Assembly (NCBI GenBank): GCA_964016885.1
Contig: OZ024741.1
Coordinates: forward strand, 389,298,001 to 389,362,000
Origin: Eledone cirrhosa
Taxonomy: Eukaryota
Direction: 5' to 3'
DNA length: 64,000 nucleotides
The translations under genes and the position numbers were made by a program. A model generated the notes under the pieces. That model saw nothing but the letters and a program-made list of their open reading frames with translations. It did not search any database and had not been told where the DNA came from. Shown piece by piece: positions 1 to 14,189 of the stretch. Within the stretch, counting starts at the first letter, position 1. Every line of letters begins with the position of its first letter.

Positions 1-1120
1 CACTAAAGAAAGCCAACAAATGGAAATTTCCTGGCATTGATAAAGTGCCAAACTTCTGGTTATCTTCTCTAACTTCTACTCATGATATATTGGTAAAATG
101 TTATAATGAAATTATACACAACAGTGAGAAAAGTCATAATTGGTTTGCACAAAGTATACCATATTTCTTGCCCAAATGAACCGAAGCAAATGTCCTCCAA
201 AATGATGGCCCAATCACTTGCCACCCACTTCAACCTTGACTGAGACAACCTACAAATTTATGGATGAAAATCATCTATTCTCTATTGAGCAGAAAGAATG
301 TCGCCGTGGGTCTTACGGATGCAAAGACCAACTTCTCAACCGTATGATTCAGAAAAACTGTCATAAAAAGTATAGAAACCTGAGTACTGCTTGGATTGAC
401 TATAAGAAAACATTTGACAGTGTTCCAAACTCATCGACTTTGCAAACTTTGGATGTTCTGAGAATTTCCCCAGTAATATCAAACTTCCTGAAATACAACA
501 TGTCTATATGGATTACAAATCTATCACAAAACATAGGGAAAATAGTACAACCATCACACGGATACAGTAACAGAAGGCGAGAACGCAACAATCCTATGGG
601 ATTTCCCTGTGAATACTGACAGAACAATCAAGGCCAACAGACCTGATAAAATTGTGAAAGACCATAAAAAGAAAACATGTATTTTAATTGACATGAGCAT
701 TCCATCAGATCGTAACATCTCCTTCAAAGAGTTCGGAAATCTCAGGAAGTATAAATATCTATCAATTGAAATTGAGAAAATATGGCATCCTAAGGCCTGT
801 ATAAAACCAATGATAGTTGATGTACTTGGAATGATAAAAAAGGGAACTGAAATATATTTGGACCAGATACCTGCAAAGTTATCTCTGCAAGAGATACAGA
901 AAATAGTGCAGACTGGCTCTATCCATGTCCTGAGAAGGGTATTATCAATTTTAAAACTTTACAAAGACATTTACTGATGTTTGTACCCTTGTGACATCAT
1001 CTGTTTGACAATTGACTATAAAATGTGCGTATTATCAAATTTTACCCTAGGTGTCAGGTTGACACTCAGCATGGTTAAGTAAAGAAGTAGAGTTAAAAGG
1101 AAGTTTCAAATAATAATAAT
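1..1120 (+). mobile_element. R4/Dong-clade non-LTR retrotransposon remnant (RT start joined to RLE C-terminus by internal deletion), ending in (TAA)n
   Basis: ORF 218-619 has EQKECRRGSYGCKDQLL...AWIDYKKTFDSVP. ORF 609-977 has NRPDKIVKD...LIDMSIP...KY (restriction-like endonuclease). The element ends in taataataat at ~1111-1120. Confidence 0.85.
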
Positions 1121-1535
1121 GGTTTCTGGTTTAGGCATAAGGCCAGCAGTTTGGGAGGAATGGGAAAGTCGATTATATCGATCCCAAAGCATTACTGGTA
1201 CTTTATTTTATCGACCCTGTAAGGGTGAAAGGCAAAGCTAACCTCAGCGGGATTTTAACTTTATGCTGCTAAGCATATTGTCCGACGCTCTACCGATTCT
1301 GCCAATCCACAGTTAGAAGAAGAAGAGCCCCTAGTCAGCCTTATGAATAATTGTTTCTACTTTTGGCAGAAGGCCAGCAATTACACCAGTACATTACTGG
1401 TGCTTTATTTTATCGACTCCGTAAGGATGAAATGCAAAGTTAACCTCGGCGGTATTTGAACTCAGACCGTAAAAGGGCGTAACTCCATGCTGCAAAGCAT
1501 GGCGTCGGACCCTCTACCGATAGTGCCAGCCAACC
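1121..1535 (-). mobile_element. Two tRNA-derived Nin-domain SINE copies (~1121-1310, ~1345-1535)
   Basis: Reverse complement contains gagttcaaat..cgccgaggttaactttgc.tttcatcctt.cgg.gtcgataaaataaag.accag and the ggcctt.tgcc.aaa.tagaaac end shared with other copies in the window. Confidence 0.85.
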
Positions 1536-2491
1536 GAATAATACAAACTTGTCCGGGACCACGTGGTTTCTGAATGCCAGCCTGGTAAAATACTCTTCAA
1601 CTACCCTGTCAAAAATGATTCGACGATTATATATTATGCCCATGTGTACATTCTATTAAGAGTACTTTTTGTACATTAAAAACAATAAAAATGACCATTA
1701 GATTTAACGGACTTTTTACATTAACAGACACACTTTATCTATTAGTCTCTTAAATCTAGGATTTACTGCCTTGTGTATGTATGTGTGTGTCTTTTTATTT
1801 AATTGAAAAGATGTGTTCGTTTATCAGTAGAGATGGAAAAAAGTTTAAAATAAAGTTTTAAGTGGTATTATCACGAGTTCAAATCAAATATTTACATTTA
1901 CAGCCAGCGAGAAGAAAAGTTTGTAAGAAATAATTTGAACTGCAACCACATTGAGTCTTTCTCTCTCTGTCAGAGCATAACAGTTCAGTCTCTATTGAAC
2001 CATATCAGGGCCGGACTTTCACCTGCCAAGGCCCTAAGCTATATGACATTTGAGGCTCTTTTCTGAAAAAATTCGTGTGAAAAAAAGTAAATGAACTGGG
2101 TAATTGCTGGCCTTGTGCCTAAAGTAGAAACAATTATTATTTATTAATGATTACAAAATAAATTATATATATTTTTTTGTCTCCTTTGGCTAAGACTTCG
2201 CGCACCATTCTCTCCCCACTTTGTCAGTTGACAGACTTGGGATACTTTTTCATCTATATTTTGTAATTCACCTAAAGGCATAACTTGTCTGTACTTGTTT
2301 TGTAATGTCCCAAAAGTGCACTGGAATGAATGGTGTCAGTCTTAGTGAATCGAAACCGTATTGATTTCCAGAGGTTGACCGAGAAGATGGGACAGACCAT
2401 CTTTCCGTTGTTTCTGCCATTGTCTTAGTCCTGTGTGCCCCTATTTTGAATATATATATATATATATTCAAAATAGAGGCATATATGCCCC

Positions 2492-2992
2492 ATATATATA
2501 TATGGTCAGTCCCATATATATATATATATGGTCAGTCCCATATATATATGATGATCAGTCCCATATATATATGATGGTCAGTCCCATATATATATGATGG
2601 TCAGTCCCATAGATGATCAGTCCCATATATATATGATGGTCAGTCCCATAGATGGTCAGTCCCATAGATGGTCAGTCCCATAGATGGTCAGTCCCATAGA
2701 TGGTCAGTCCCATATATATATGATGGTCAGTCCCATATATATATGATGGTCAGTCCCATAGATGGTCAGTCCCATATATATATATGATGGTCAGTCCCAT
2801 AGATGGTCAGTCCCATAGATGGTCAGTCCCATAGATGGTCAGTCCCATATATATATGATGGTCAGTCCCATAGATGGTCAGTCCCATATATATATGATGG
2901 TCAGTCCCATAGATGGTCAGTCCCATAGATGGTCAGTCCCATAGATGGTCAGTCCCATATATATATGATGGTCAGTCCCATAGATGGTCAGT

Positions 2993-2993
<1 letters not shown>
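2492..2993. repeat. Minisatellite, core GATGGTCAGTCCCATA with variable (TA)n inserts
   Basis: About 25 direct tandem copies are visible. Confidence 0.95.
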
Positions 2994-3064
<71 letters not shown>

Positions 3065-3067
<3 letters not shown>

Positions 3068-3480
3068 CGTTTCTGAATTTTTTTAGCAAGATTCTTTATC
3101 TGAAAACATGTGTTGAAACCGATATTGTTATACTTTGGGAGGGTCATGTTGCCAATAAGAAACACACGCACCAGTTGCTTTCACTCCAATTTATTATAAA
3201 TTAAATTTATAAATTTCCGGTTGGTTGGTTCCACAACCGGACGGTTGTTCATATATAGTCAAAGTTCTTTCGTCACACATTCAGAACAAAGGAGAGGCAC
3301 AAAACAAAGAAAAGAATCCCAGTCACTGAAGAGGTCACAGAATGTGTGACGAAAGAACTTTGACAATATATGAACAACCGTCCGGTTGTGGAACCAACCA
3401 ACCGGAAATTTATAAATTCTTAAATTTATAAATTTAATTTATAATAAATTGGAGTGAAAGCAACTGGTGCGTGTGTTTCT

Positions 3481-3482
<2 letters not shown>
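3065..3482. mobile_element. Fold-back pair of Penelope-like pseudo-LTR fragments between (TA)n tracts
   Basis: 3155-3280 is the inverted copy of 3340-3480. The same sequence forms both ends of 3709-4768. Confidence 0.8.
3322..3364 (+). ncRNA. Type I minimal hammerhead ribozyme (PLE-associated)
   Basis: GTCA-CTGAAGA-G-GTCAC-agaatgt-GTGAC-GAAA-G-aa-C-TT^TGAC: intact core, stem I GTCA/TGAC, stem II 5 bp, minimal stem III. Confidence 0.8.
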
Positions 3483-3534
<52 letters not shown>

Positions 3535-3678
3535 CGTGTGGGATGCTTAAAACGTCCGTATGCGGTAGGCCGTTTGAGCACTCGATGTTCTTACAGAGCA
3601 GAGTATAATATCAGAGAAACGATTGTAATATGTCTAATAAATTTTAATTCGTCGCACCACTGATTTTCCGTTTCCTAT

Positions 3679-3713
<35 letters not shown>

Positions 3714-3865
3714 ATACTTTGGGAGGGTCATGTTGCCAATAAGAAACACACGCACCAGTTGCTTTCACTTCAATTTATTATAAATTAAATTTATAAATTT
3801 AAGAATTTATAAATTTCCGGTTGGTTGGTTGGTTGGTTCCACAACCGGGCGGTTGTTCATATATT

Positions 3866-3908
3866 GTCAAAGTTCTTTCGTCACATATTCTGTGACCTCT
3901 TCAGTGAC
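3866..3908 (-). ncRNA. Type I hammerhead ribozyme in the PLE 3' pLTR
   Basis: Reverse complement is the same motif as 3322-3364, on the same strand as the GIY-YIG ORF. Confidence 0.8.
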
Positions 3909-4515
3909 TGGGGATTCTTCTCTTTGTTTTGTGCCTCTCCTTTGTTCTGTCCTACACCATCTTGTTTTTGTGTGTGTTGTGTGCTTAGTTTGCGCATGTG
4001 TTACATCCGGTTGTCTGTGTGTGTTTTTATTTGTTTATTTATTTGTTTATTTACATGTTACTGGGTGGTTGTTTGTTCTATGTGTGTTTTCATTTTATCC
4101 TTAATTGTAAGTTGTCATGTTGCTCTTCCATTCATGTTTTCTATTTAATTTTGGTTGGAGTTCATTTATGTTTATTGCCTCTGTGATTTGTCTAAACATT
4201 GCGTCTTTTCTGTGTGTAGATTTGATTTTTATTTCTATGTTCTCTAATTTGCCCTTATGTTCTATTTTAGCATGTTGGTAGAGTACTGATGAATTCTTTT
4301 CTATCTTGAAGCTCTCGCCAGTGTTCATTTAATCGTTCTCCTATACTACGAGCTGTCTCACCTATGTACACTATATTCTTATCTTTACATTGTCCTTCAG
4401 TACATCTTATGCTATATACTATGTTTCTAGTTTTACAGTTAATATGGGGGCTTAGTTTACAGATTATGCATTTCTTATCTATACAGGGAGGTCTTTGAAA
4501 AGAGAAGAATCCCCA

Positions 4516-4558
4516 GTCACTGAAGAGGTCACAGAATGTGTGACGAAAGAACTTTGAC
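4516..4558 (+). ncRNA. Type I hammerhead ribozyme in the inverted pLTR
   Basis: gtcaCTGAAGAggtcacagaatgtgtgacGAAAgaacTTtgac. Confidence 0.8.
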
Positions 4559-4765
4559 AAATAACCGCTCGGTTGTGGAACCAACCAACCAACCAACCGG
4601 AAATTTATAAATTCTTAAATTTATGAATTTAATTTATAATAAACTGGAGTGAAAGCAACTGGTGCGTGTGTTTCTTATTGGTAACATGACCCTCCCAAAG
4701 TATAACAATATCGGTTTCAACACATGTTTTCAGATAAAGAATCTTGCTAAACAAATTCAGAAACG

Positions 4766-4899
<134 letters not shown>

Positions 4900-4900
4900 A

Positions 4901-4939
<39 letters not shown>

Positions 4940-5567
4940 CAATTTGTTGAAGTTTGCTTGAAGTATTGTGGAATAGGAAATACAAATTTAATCAGGAATA
5001 AGTTTAAATATTTGAAAGCCCGACAATGCGTGTGAGATAAATACCAAGGTAATATGAATTAGAGAAAATAGGATAAAAGGACTGAGAAAAGAGTGAGAAC
5101 AGTAGAATTTTATCTTAGCAATTTTATTGATCCCAAATACTTTCGGATTTACCATCCATTACCAAAGGAATCAAACCGATAACATTATGATCGTATGCCA
5201 AGCATCCTAACCATTAGGCCATGCGGTTTTAATAATTTCTTAAAGAATCGATTGAGTGTTTTCTGCCAGCTTTCTCCAGCCTACATTCTATCAACTGTTT
5301 TGTACCTCGCGATACGGTTATGTTTCCAAAACTCTTACTTACATACCCCAATCTACTTCAGCAGAGGATTTGTGCTAAAAAAGGGGTACATAAGAGATGT
5401 TATTAAAACAAAGACTGGATTGACCCACTAGAAAGTTTAGGGGTTTAAAATTCGATGCAGTTAATAGTAAGAAGAGTATTAATCTTATCCTTTCAGTATA
5501 TATACCTTTATCTTTAAGACGATTATAACACAAAGACAGATTTTACAGTTCACAAAAATTATATGTG

Positions 5568-5607
<40 letters not shown>

Positions 5608-5904
5608 CGGTGCTCAGGATTGAAAAGATTTCGTTAACATGGGTGTTCTGTTTTTTAATAAGTTTGATTCGAGGGATTAAAACAATAGGCTATGCTTCAA
5701 CAATGATTTGATAAATTTTTATCCACTTCTTGTTTAGGAGGGATATATTGAAAGTGAAATATTTGTCTTTTATAATTTCATAACATTATGACTTACTAAC
5801 GTTGTCTGCATGGATCGAACCAATTAGGTCGATTTACATGCTTAAAATAGCAGTCAAATCTTCCTCAAATTACATTCTATCTACCAACTTTAATAACCGC
5901 AGGT

Positions 5905-6345
5905 AGATAATCTTAGTGATTAGAATGGTGGGTTCACAATCGCAAGGTGAGGATTTCGATCCCAGAGCCAGGTGACATGTTTTGTCCTTTAACAACACAC
6001 TTTATTTCATGTTGTTCCAGTTCACTCAGCTGGGGAAAATGAGTTTCGACGTCACTCGTGACAAACTGTATCGCCCTTTGGCTTGGACAACATCATAGTG
6101 AATATAGAGCGTATATAATGTATGTATATAGTTTATATAGTGTGTATATAATGTGTATATATGCGTTGCGATGTCACTGATGCCATGCCTTTTCCTTTCC
6201 CTTGGACAACATGGGTGGCATGGAGAGAAGTGGGACTGGTATATGGGTAACTGCTGGTCTTTCACAATAACATCTTGCCCAGGCTTCTGCCTCAGAGGGG
6301 AATTTTCTATTTGCAAACCCATAGTCAACCATGACCGAAGGAGTC
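5905..6345 (+). mobile_element. Second tRNA-derived SINE family copy
   Basis: Degenerate B-box (ttcgatccc) followed by cactttatttcatgttgttccagttcactcagctg. Related copies lie at ~35885-36290 (+) and ~38325-38445 (-). Confidence 0.65.
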
Positions 6346-6959
6346 TATGACGATGATGAGATACGCTTAAAGAGCTTGGTGGTGCAGATGTTTTTTGGAA
6401 CAGTATGTATGCATCTTTTAAGCAGAATTTAGGGTAACTGCAGGAGAATGCACAATTTGTGAAGTGGCTACGGTGGTATTTGTGATTGTATGTGGCTTTT
6501 CAAGTCTGGCCTTATTAGTTACCAATGAATTCATAAGACCAAACAGGTGATTGTAGTATGTTCACAACAATAGATTAAGTAACATGCAGCAGTACATGTG
6601 GGAAGGTCTGCAAATCTATTGGTGGAGTAAAATGAACCAGACCTGGAGAGGGATAGGTTCCGTCAGGCTTGAAATGCCCAAGAAACGCTATACGGCGCTG
6701 CTACGAGGCCCTCGGGAGTTACGGGACCATACCTACATACGTCAGAACACACCTATACACATGCAGCTTTGCTTGTAATGTATGCTAAAACATGTAGAAA
6801 TTTGACAGACTTAAAGCGCCACAGTCGAAAATGAGATACGTTTAATAGTCTGCTATAGTCCGCTTCAAAGTTTTCTGTTCTTTCATTATCCGTTATGATA
6901 ATGTGAAAGGAAGAGCAATAAATGGGATTATGCTCGAGGAAGTTGATCATTTTATATCA

Positions 6960-7570
6960 TCTTGGAGTTAGAATCTAGAGGGATGGTCACAATAAGAAAG
7001 AAATCGGAAGTTGTTTTGTTATGACAAGAAAAGAACAATATGGCAAGGATAAAAAAAAGTTGAGAGTCTTTATAGCGTGCATCTTCCCAATAGCTACGTA
7101 TGTGTATTACAATATTGGATATTACAAAAAGAAGATTAACAACAAAAACATCATTGTTTTCGAAGACATATTATCAAAGAATATTCGGAGTCTCCTGGGT
7201 GAGATGACATGAATCAGAGAGGAGCTGAACATTCCAAGTAACTATTGCAGTATTTAAAGAAACAGAAGCTAGGATGTTTTGGTTATATGATAAGGCATGA
7301 TAGAATGGAAAATAAAGTCCGGTGGAAAGGGGCGACCAGAATATATGTAGGGAAGGGTAGTGGGTTTTTTTTTTTACATTGGTTATTTTAGTCATGTGAT
7401 AAGGCATGATGGAATGGGAAAGAGAGAGCTTGAGGTGCACATTTCCTGTGGAAATGGGAAGAGAGAGTCCAAGATGCCGAGGTTTGGGATTCAATGGGGG
7501 AAAACTAAAAATATTGCACAAAACAGAAAATGATATCAAGCTGCTGTGAGAGAAGATATATTCGGAAGAG
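6960..7570 (+). pseudogene. Degenerate RTE-like RT C-terminal fragment
   Basis: IFPIATY...IIVFED and RKLGCFGY-like motifs resemble the RTE thumb region; many stops. Confidence 0.45.
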
Positions 7571-8779
7571 AGTATGCCATGAGTAAAAAAAGAAAATCAA
7601 TTATCTCTGAGCTCCCGACAAGTTGACATTACGATGGAAAGTTTTAACTTATGGAAATATTGTAGCTCTTAGTAAATAGATAGTTACACGTAAATATTGC
7701 ACTACTCACAAACTTCTGTGCCTTTTTACTAAAACTGCAATAATATATCATCTAAAACTTGTATTTAAACAATGTATGGACAAATCTATGAAAGAAGATC
7801 CCATAATTGAGGTTGAATTTTGTTGGAGATAAACAAGTCGATAATATATGTCTTTTGGAAGGCAATTAGTTGTTATAGACTATTCAAATGATAACTCGTT
7901 GAGAGTCATAAGTCAATCTGGTTTAAAAGCATTTAAAATGTGGATGTCTTCCAAGTTGTGATTTAATTGCAGCAGAATTATGTTTTAGTATTGAGAAGTG
8001 AGTTAAAAATCGTTAAAAGAGATGAAATAGGTGAAATATGAATATACATACATACATACAGTCAACGTGATCAGTCAGACATTTTGGCGAGGGAGACTAT
8101 TCATTAAATTTAAGATGAATATTATCTCCGACAGTAATGCCACAACTACCAGCCGTGTAGAATAACTGGATATTCTTCAAACTATATCCACTGAAGACAC
8201 CTTTTATTCGAATTCGTAGAGATATCCGACTAAATACATAATTCACTTTACAAGGATTTGCTACAAACAGCAAGACTGGACACAACATCAACAATAACAA
8301 TTTACCGAACACGAGGAACGAAATCAATTTACCGATGAAAACTAGTGAGACAATCAATGAGAAAGGTAAACAAAATTTATTCACTTGTAGTTACAGAAGA
8401 AAAACAGAAAGAACACGACTAGTTAGGAAATTACAAGTACAATCCATTAATCGAACAGTAAAAATATGTAAAACATTCCCCAAATTCTGCATCTAATAAT
8501 TGCATATACACTTGTACAGATACAAAGCATATGCACATGCACACATATAACTCAAAACATCCACATCCACACACAATAACATCCATACCTGCACACACAT
8601 GCATGCAGACATATCTACCTAGTTGATGTTGTATAAATTTCAATGAAAGGGTCTTGTATCTATGCTAGAAACCCACTCTCTCTATTGGCAAACATTTGTG
8701 AAATTATAAAACCAGAAGAACATACATACATACATATACACACACATAAATATATACAAATATATATATATATATATAT

Positions 8780-10191
8780 AACGAAGGAAATGTGGTAAGG
8801 AACCAGGTGGACCATAACGCACCAAAGTACTCAATACTTGAGGTAGTAGAGTGGGTAATAGGAACCAGTAAGACCCCGACAGCTGAGCTCAAGCCGTTTC
8901 AACGGCTAATTCTGGACTAAATGAAAATTTATCCTGGTATTTAAATAGCCGATCTTCTCAATATATATATATAGGAACAAGTATGACCCCGACGGCAGAG
9001 CTCAAGCCGTTTCGACGGCTAATTCTGGACTAAATAAGAATTTTTAGCCTGGTAAATAAATAGCCGAACTTCTCAGAGGGTAATTCCTTATATGGGAAGA
9101 TAGTAATTGTCAAAAGGATTGGTCAAAAATTTGTTGTAAAGACAGATGATTCTATCATGGCATTTGGTGGGAGGTAGGGGTAGCTGAACTTGCCGGCATG
9201 TTCGTCGAATATCTGCTCATTAGCGGACAAACGAGATATGCGGAGGGAGATGTTTTTAACCAGGTTATTGGTGATGTTTCTAGGATGGTTCGACCGGCGG
9301 TGGATGTAATGCAGGTTGTCGTTTGGTTTCCTGTATGGGTAGTACAGATCATTATCGAGGTTAAGGGTAACGTCCAGGAAGTTTACTCGGGTTAGGGACG
9401 TTTGTAGGGTTATTTAAAATCGCCAGTCGCAGGAGAAGCTGATTAATTGTTTACGGACCCGGTCTGTACTACTGGGGTTGTACCCTTTGAGGGTAAGGAG
9501 CCCATCATCACGGTACAATCCACCGCCGAACGCAGGAAACATTTCGGTGAGTTTAAATAGTAGGAATAATCCTATAAGGTCTGTGACCTCGGCCGAATCC
9601 GTCGCGCCCATACTGACGTCGAAGGGGGAGTCAGGAGCTCTCTTTATCCATTTGGAGTTGTTGAAAAGTAGGACTGTCTTCCTGGCGTGGAGGATAATAT
9701 TTCTTTCCTGGTCGGTGATGGGCGTGATTGTTTCGGCAAAGTACAAGGCGGCCGTAAGGAGCGGTAAGGTAATTGATGCATCGTAACTCTCTATGTCAAA
9801 CTGGATGAATTTTGTGCCTCGTTTGTCCTCCATATTGCTGAACCATGAGATTACTTCCTGGGTGTTGACCCATAGGCTAATTCTCGCGTTTTGCTTAACT
9901 TTTGGTATAACGTGGTCTAGGATTTTTTTTACTGATTCTCCCTAGGTCGGACTTCGTTGGGTTTATAAGCCTGACAATTACTATCTTTCCATATAAGGAA
10001 TTACCCCCTGAGAAGTTCGGCTATTTATTTACCAGGCTAAAAATTCTTATTTAGTCCAGAATTAGCCGTCGAAACGGCTTGAGCTCTGCCTTCAGGGTCA
10101 TACTTGTTCCTATTACCCACTCTACTACCCTAAGTATTGAGTACTTTGGTGCGTTATGGTCCATCTGGTTCCTTACCACATTTCCTTCGTT
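8780..10191 (-). mobile_element. Penelope-like element RT fragment flanked by direct and inverted pLTR pieces
   Basis: 9414-9833 reads FIQFDIESYDASIT...FDVSMGATDSAEVTDLIG...GGLYRDDGL. 8780-8960 and 8970-9110 are partial repeats, inverted at 9976-10191. Both ends abut (TA)n. Confidence 0.85.
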
Positions 10192-10208
10192 ATATATATA
10201 TATATATG

Positions 10209-10280
<72 letters not shown>

Positions 10281-10284
10281 AAAT

Positions 10285-12430
10285 ATGCAATTTTTCTGTT
10301 AGTGTGTGTTTCGGCGGAATAACTGATCTGGGATCAAACTGGAGGTCCTGCTGCACATAAAAGCGGAAAACTTGTCCTGCTAAATGGAATCGAGCTGGGT
10401 GTCGCATCTGAGAGTAAAAAAACCTCGCTTTCATTATTGTGGTGATACCAACAACTTGAGAACTTTCTGCCCTCAACAAAAAACAAGGAACTGCAGTTAC
10501 AGTCCCCTGCTGCCAACAACACGACCGCAACATTGACCTACAACAGCAGCAGCAGCTGCTGCAACGACAGCGGCACCATCTCCACATACACCAACAACAC
10601 AACCAGCAGCAGCACTAACATCACCACCACCACCAACACCATCACCAACACCATCACCACTAACAACATCATCACCAATATCATCATCACCAACACCATC
10701 ATCACCAACATCATAATCACCAACACCATCATTACCATCATCATCACCAACACCATCACCACCAACATCATCACCAACACCATCACCACCAACATCATCA
10801 CCAACACCATCACCACCAACAACACCATTACCAACACCATCACCAACACCACCACCATCAACAACACCATCATCACCAACACCATCATCACCAACACCAC
10901 CACCAACACCATCATCACCAACACCACCACCAACACCATCATCACCAACACCAACACTACCATCATCACCAACACCATCCACACCACCACCAACACCAAC
11001 ATCACCAACACCACTACCGTCGAAAGTACTACCCACAATAAAAAAGAAATACACACAAGATTAACATAACCACACAAACACAAACACTATAATAAGAAAT
11101 CACACATACTGCGTGTTAGTGAGGACTAACAAAGGACTTGTGTTCCTCATAGCCCAAAGGAAAGGCATCCACACAGAGGGGTAGGTTTCGACGCCAGTAC
11201 CTTCATACTACCACATAAAACTATGAGGGAGAGCTTTCCACAAGACATTGGGCCCTCAAGTATAAAGGCCACCAATCAGTTTCTAAAGGGTTTCCCAAAA
11301 GAACTCCAAATGAACAATGGTGATCAAATCACCCAATCTCCAACAACCCCATGAGAGTAAATAGCCTCCAAAAAAATTTGTTCTACCCCCCCCCCCCCCC
11401 CCCCAACACCACCATCACCACCGACACTCATGACTATAAAGGTAGGGTGCATAAATACACGTGGTCTAAAGTCATCCTAGAATTAAGGTCGCTTGCTCAA
11501 CGACTTCAGATCACTATCTATAGATGTGAGAGCTGTCAGTGAGGCTAGAAATTCTGATAAACGCGCATTAGCACTCATTTCTGATAACTTACATCTCTTA
11601 GATGGCTTGGAATTGAAGGCAGACTGACAATACTGTTTCGGAAAGGGTTGGACCTCAAGGAATGGACGATAAGTTGGTAGTCCTGAACGTAACGGTAATG
11701 AAGGTGGTGCTTTCAGACGTATGGTCGTCTGTGATCCGACTGTGGCAGGATGGCCGGATTTCTTCAGGTGCATGGAAGCCTTTCTTGGAACGTCTCGTCC
11801 TTTACTGTTAGCAGGGAACTGGAATGACATCTTAGACGCATAGAAGAGAGGTAGTGCAAAAGCCTCCAAAACCTGATCAGTCGGTTCCAACTATCTGACT
11901 GGTACTGACTAAATTTCCCAAATGCGCCAGTGTGGACATAGAACAATCGCATACAGTCATCTAGATAGCTTTTTTAAAATTAAGATAGAAGATAGGGATA
12001 TCATATGGTACTTTCAATTACAAACGGTCACATATTCAGGTCACAAATTTGTGATCTGCACAGTCAACCTCGATAGAGCACCTAGACAGGGAACAGTTAC
12101 TGGTAACATAACGTATGAGGTTTACGGGGACCGTAATAGCATATTAGTCAAGCGCCAGTTGTCAGGAGCAATTGTCAACAATAGATGGTGGTGTGCTCTC
12201 AAGAGAGCGATTAGATTACAATCAATAGCATTTAGCAAAGAAGTATCAATAGAAACAAATAGAGTAGTTAAACCAGAAGAGACGATTAGACGTAGCATCG
12301 CAACTGACATGCTAGCTGCGATAATGACCCCAGACCATTTCAAGCAAAGACTAAGACTGGTCGTCTGACACCTGGAATGTTGTCAGAAGCTCACATCCCT
12401 CTATCAGTTGAGCAATGCGATCAGTGGAAA
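10285..12430 (+). mobile_element. L1/Tx1-like non-LTR element 5' part (ORF1 zinc knuckle, Thr-rich repeat, APE endonuclease), degenerate
   Basis: ~10425-10475 reads PRFHYCGDTNNLRTFCP (decayed CCHC). From ~11430: MTIKVGCINTRGLKS...DVRAVSE, LLLAGNWNDILD, YSHLDSFF, YSGHKFV (APE motifs). Confidence 0.7.
10560..11030. repeat. (ACC/ATC/AAC) trinucleotide-type repeat inside the L1/Tx1 ORF1 region
   Basis: Direct inspection; it accounts for the Thr/Ile/Asn, Gly/Asp/Val and Val/Met ORFs. Confidence 0.9.
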
Positions 12431-13906
12431 TTCCAAGATAGCGTTCTATAGAGAACTAGTGGTGGGAAAATATGTTAATGTAGGTGTATACGTCGTTTTA
12501 TTTTTTGTTGTTTATCTACTTTTTTTTTATTGCTCCATATCTTAGGCTATTAAATACTTGTGTTGTTAATTGCTAAATAACAAAGACGTTTTTAGTATCC
12601 AATTAAAAATCACGAAATTTTGATTAACAACTGAAAAGCATTAAATATTTATTACAAGCTGAAAAAATTTAGCTGTTGCCGTGTGTCTCTTTGTGAATAA
12701 CAAAAAAATAATGCGTAGTAATTGTTTTAGTATCTAAATCAATGTCAGATACCATATTTTGTCTCCTTTTCATTCTACGTTCTGAGTTCGAATCCTCCCG
12801 AGGTCAATCTTGTCTTTAATCCTTCCGGGGTCAATACAATAAAGTACCAGTCAAGTATTTGTGCAAATTTAATCATCTGTTCCCTCTATCCAAAACATGT
12901 TTCCTTAAAAATCATTATTTTAATTTTACCAGTTCACTAATTTCTTACTTAAACATAAGACCAACCGGATATAAAACATTGAGGGACTAAATTCATACCT
13001 GCTAGATACAAGGCGGGGAACTGGCAGAGTCGTTAGAGCTTTAAAATAAATGTCTCGGTATTTGTTCCGGTTTTCTTCGCCGATCACACTTTTGCCTTTT
13101 ATCCTTTCAAAAAACATGCAAAAAGATCAGTGGAAATGAAAATTGCTCAATTTCTTCGAGAAGTTGCTGAATATTTGTATTTTTCTAAATTACTTTTGAC
13201 AGGGCATCAGTTGGTTAATACAATTCTAGAAGCCCTTAAAGGCCACATTGTAAATATAGATACCCCTAAAGGCCACAGTGGGTAACATCGTCCTAGATAC
13301 CCCTAAAAGGCACACATTGGATAGTATAGTCCTTTTTCTTGAGTCACCCCTCCATCGAAAGTGAATCATTCATTTTGTTTGTTTGTTTTTTCTAATGGCT
13401 AGAATATATGCAACTCACCGCACCTGCATAGTCATGAATTTCCCCACTAACTGGAGCAGTTGTGCCAACCCATTGTTGAATTAATAGTCGATCATCTGTG
13501 AAGCCACTAGTGTTCACGACACCTAGATCATCTAATTAAACTGATGATCGTCGCATGAACTACTGCTTATTATGAGACATACAGGTTTTTTTTTTATCGA
13601 GGTTTACTGCTCTAGATCTGACCTATTCTGCTATGATAGCCATATCAGAGGCACCGCATGTAGTATGTGACTTTTCACCACGCAGGTTGGTCTCCGAACT
13701 GAGAGAGACTAGGTGCTCAGCTTGAATGAGCATATATTAAGTGTCATCCATTCACAGAATGGCATGTTGAACAGACACTGGACACACGGGAACGCCAGAA
13801 AAGACCATCCAATGCCAACCAGTGAAATATACTACAGCTTTGCACACTCTTAAATTAACATATACATATTTACACACCCACACAATATATACATGTGTAC
13901 ACGCTA

Positions 13907-14094
13907 TTAGATGGCCGTTGACTCACGTGAGTTCATCGCCCTTTGTCAGATGTTGTTTTTCATCCTGCAGGATGTCCAAAATCACACCACTCTCTAAGCA
14001 AACTTGGGGTTGCCTGTTTACTCACCGACGATCCGACCATGCGACAGGTTGTATTGGGTTACATGTTACTAGTGACACTCAAGAGTGACCTGAC
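13907..14094 (-). mobile_element. Diverged dispersed relative of the 5' end of the array unit (RTE-type 5'UTR)
   Basis: Reverse complement reads gtcaggtcactcttgagtgtcactagtaacatgtaacccaatacaacctgtcgcatggtcgg...ggacatcctgcagga...gagtcaacggccatc and aligns with 40887-41075. Confidence 0.85.
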
Positions 14095-14189
14095 TAATAA
14101 TATTGTCCTAGATACCCCTAAAGGGCACATTGAATAATATAGTCCTAGATACTCATAGAAAGAATTTCTAACACAGACAATGGACAAAT

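Noticed and set aside
8980-9035. SECIS-like or hammerhead-like stem-loop in a pLTR
   Set aside because: The hairpin AGCCGT-ttcg-ACGGCT is real, but neither the hammerhead core nor a convincing SECIS quartet or in-frame UGA could be shown.
10497-11083. Mucin-like Thr-rich or Gly/Asp-rich protein
   Set aside because: Trinucleotide repeat open in several frames inside a decayed L1/Tx1 element.
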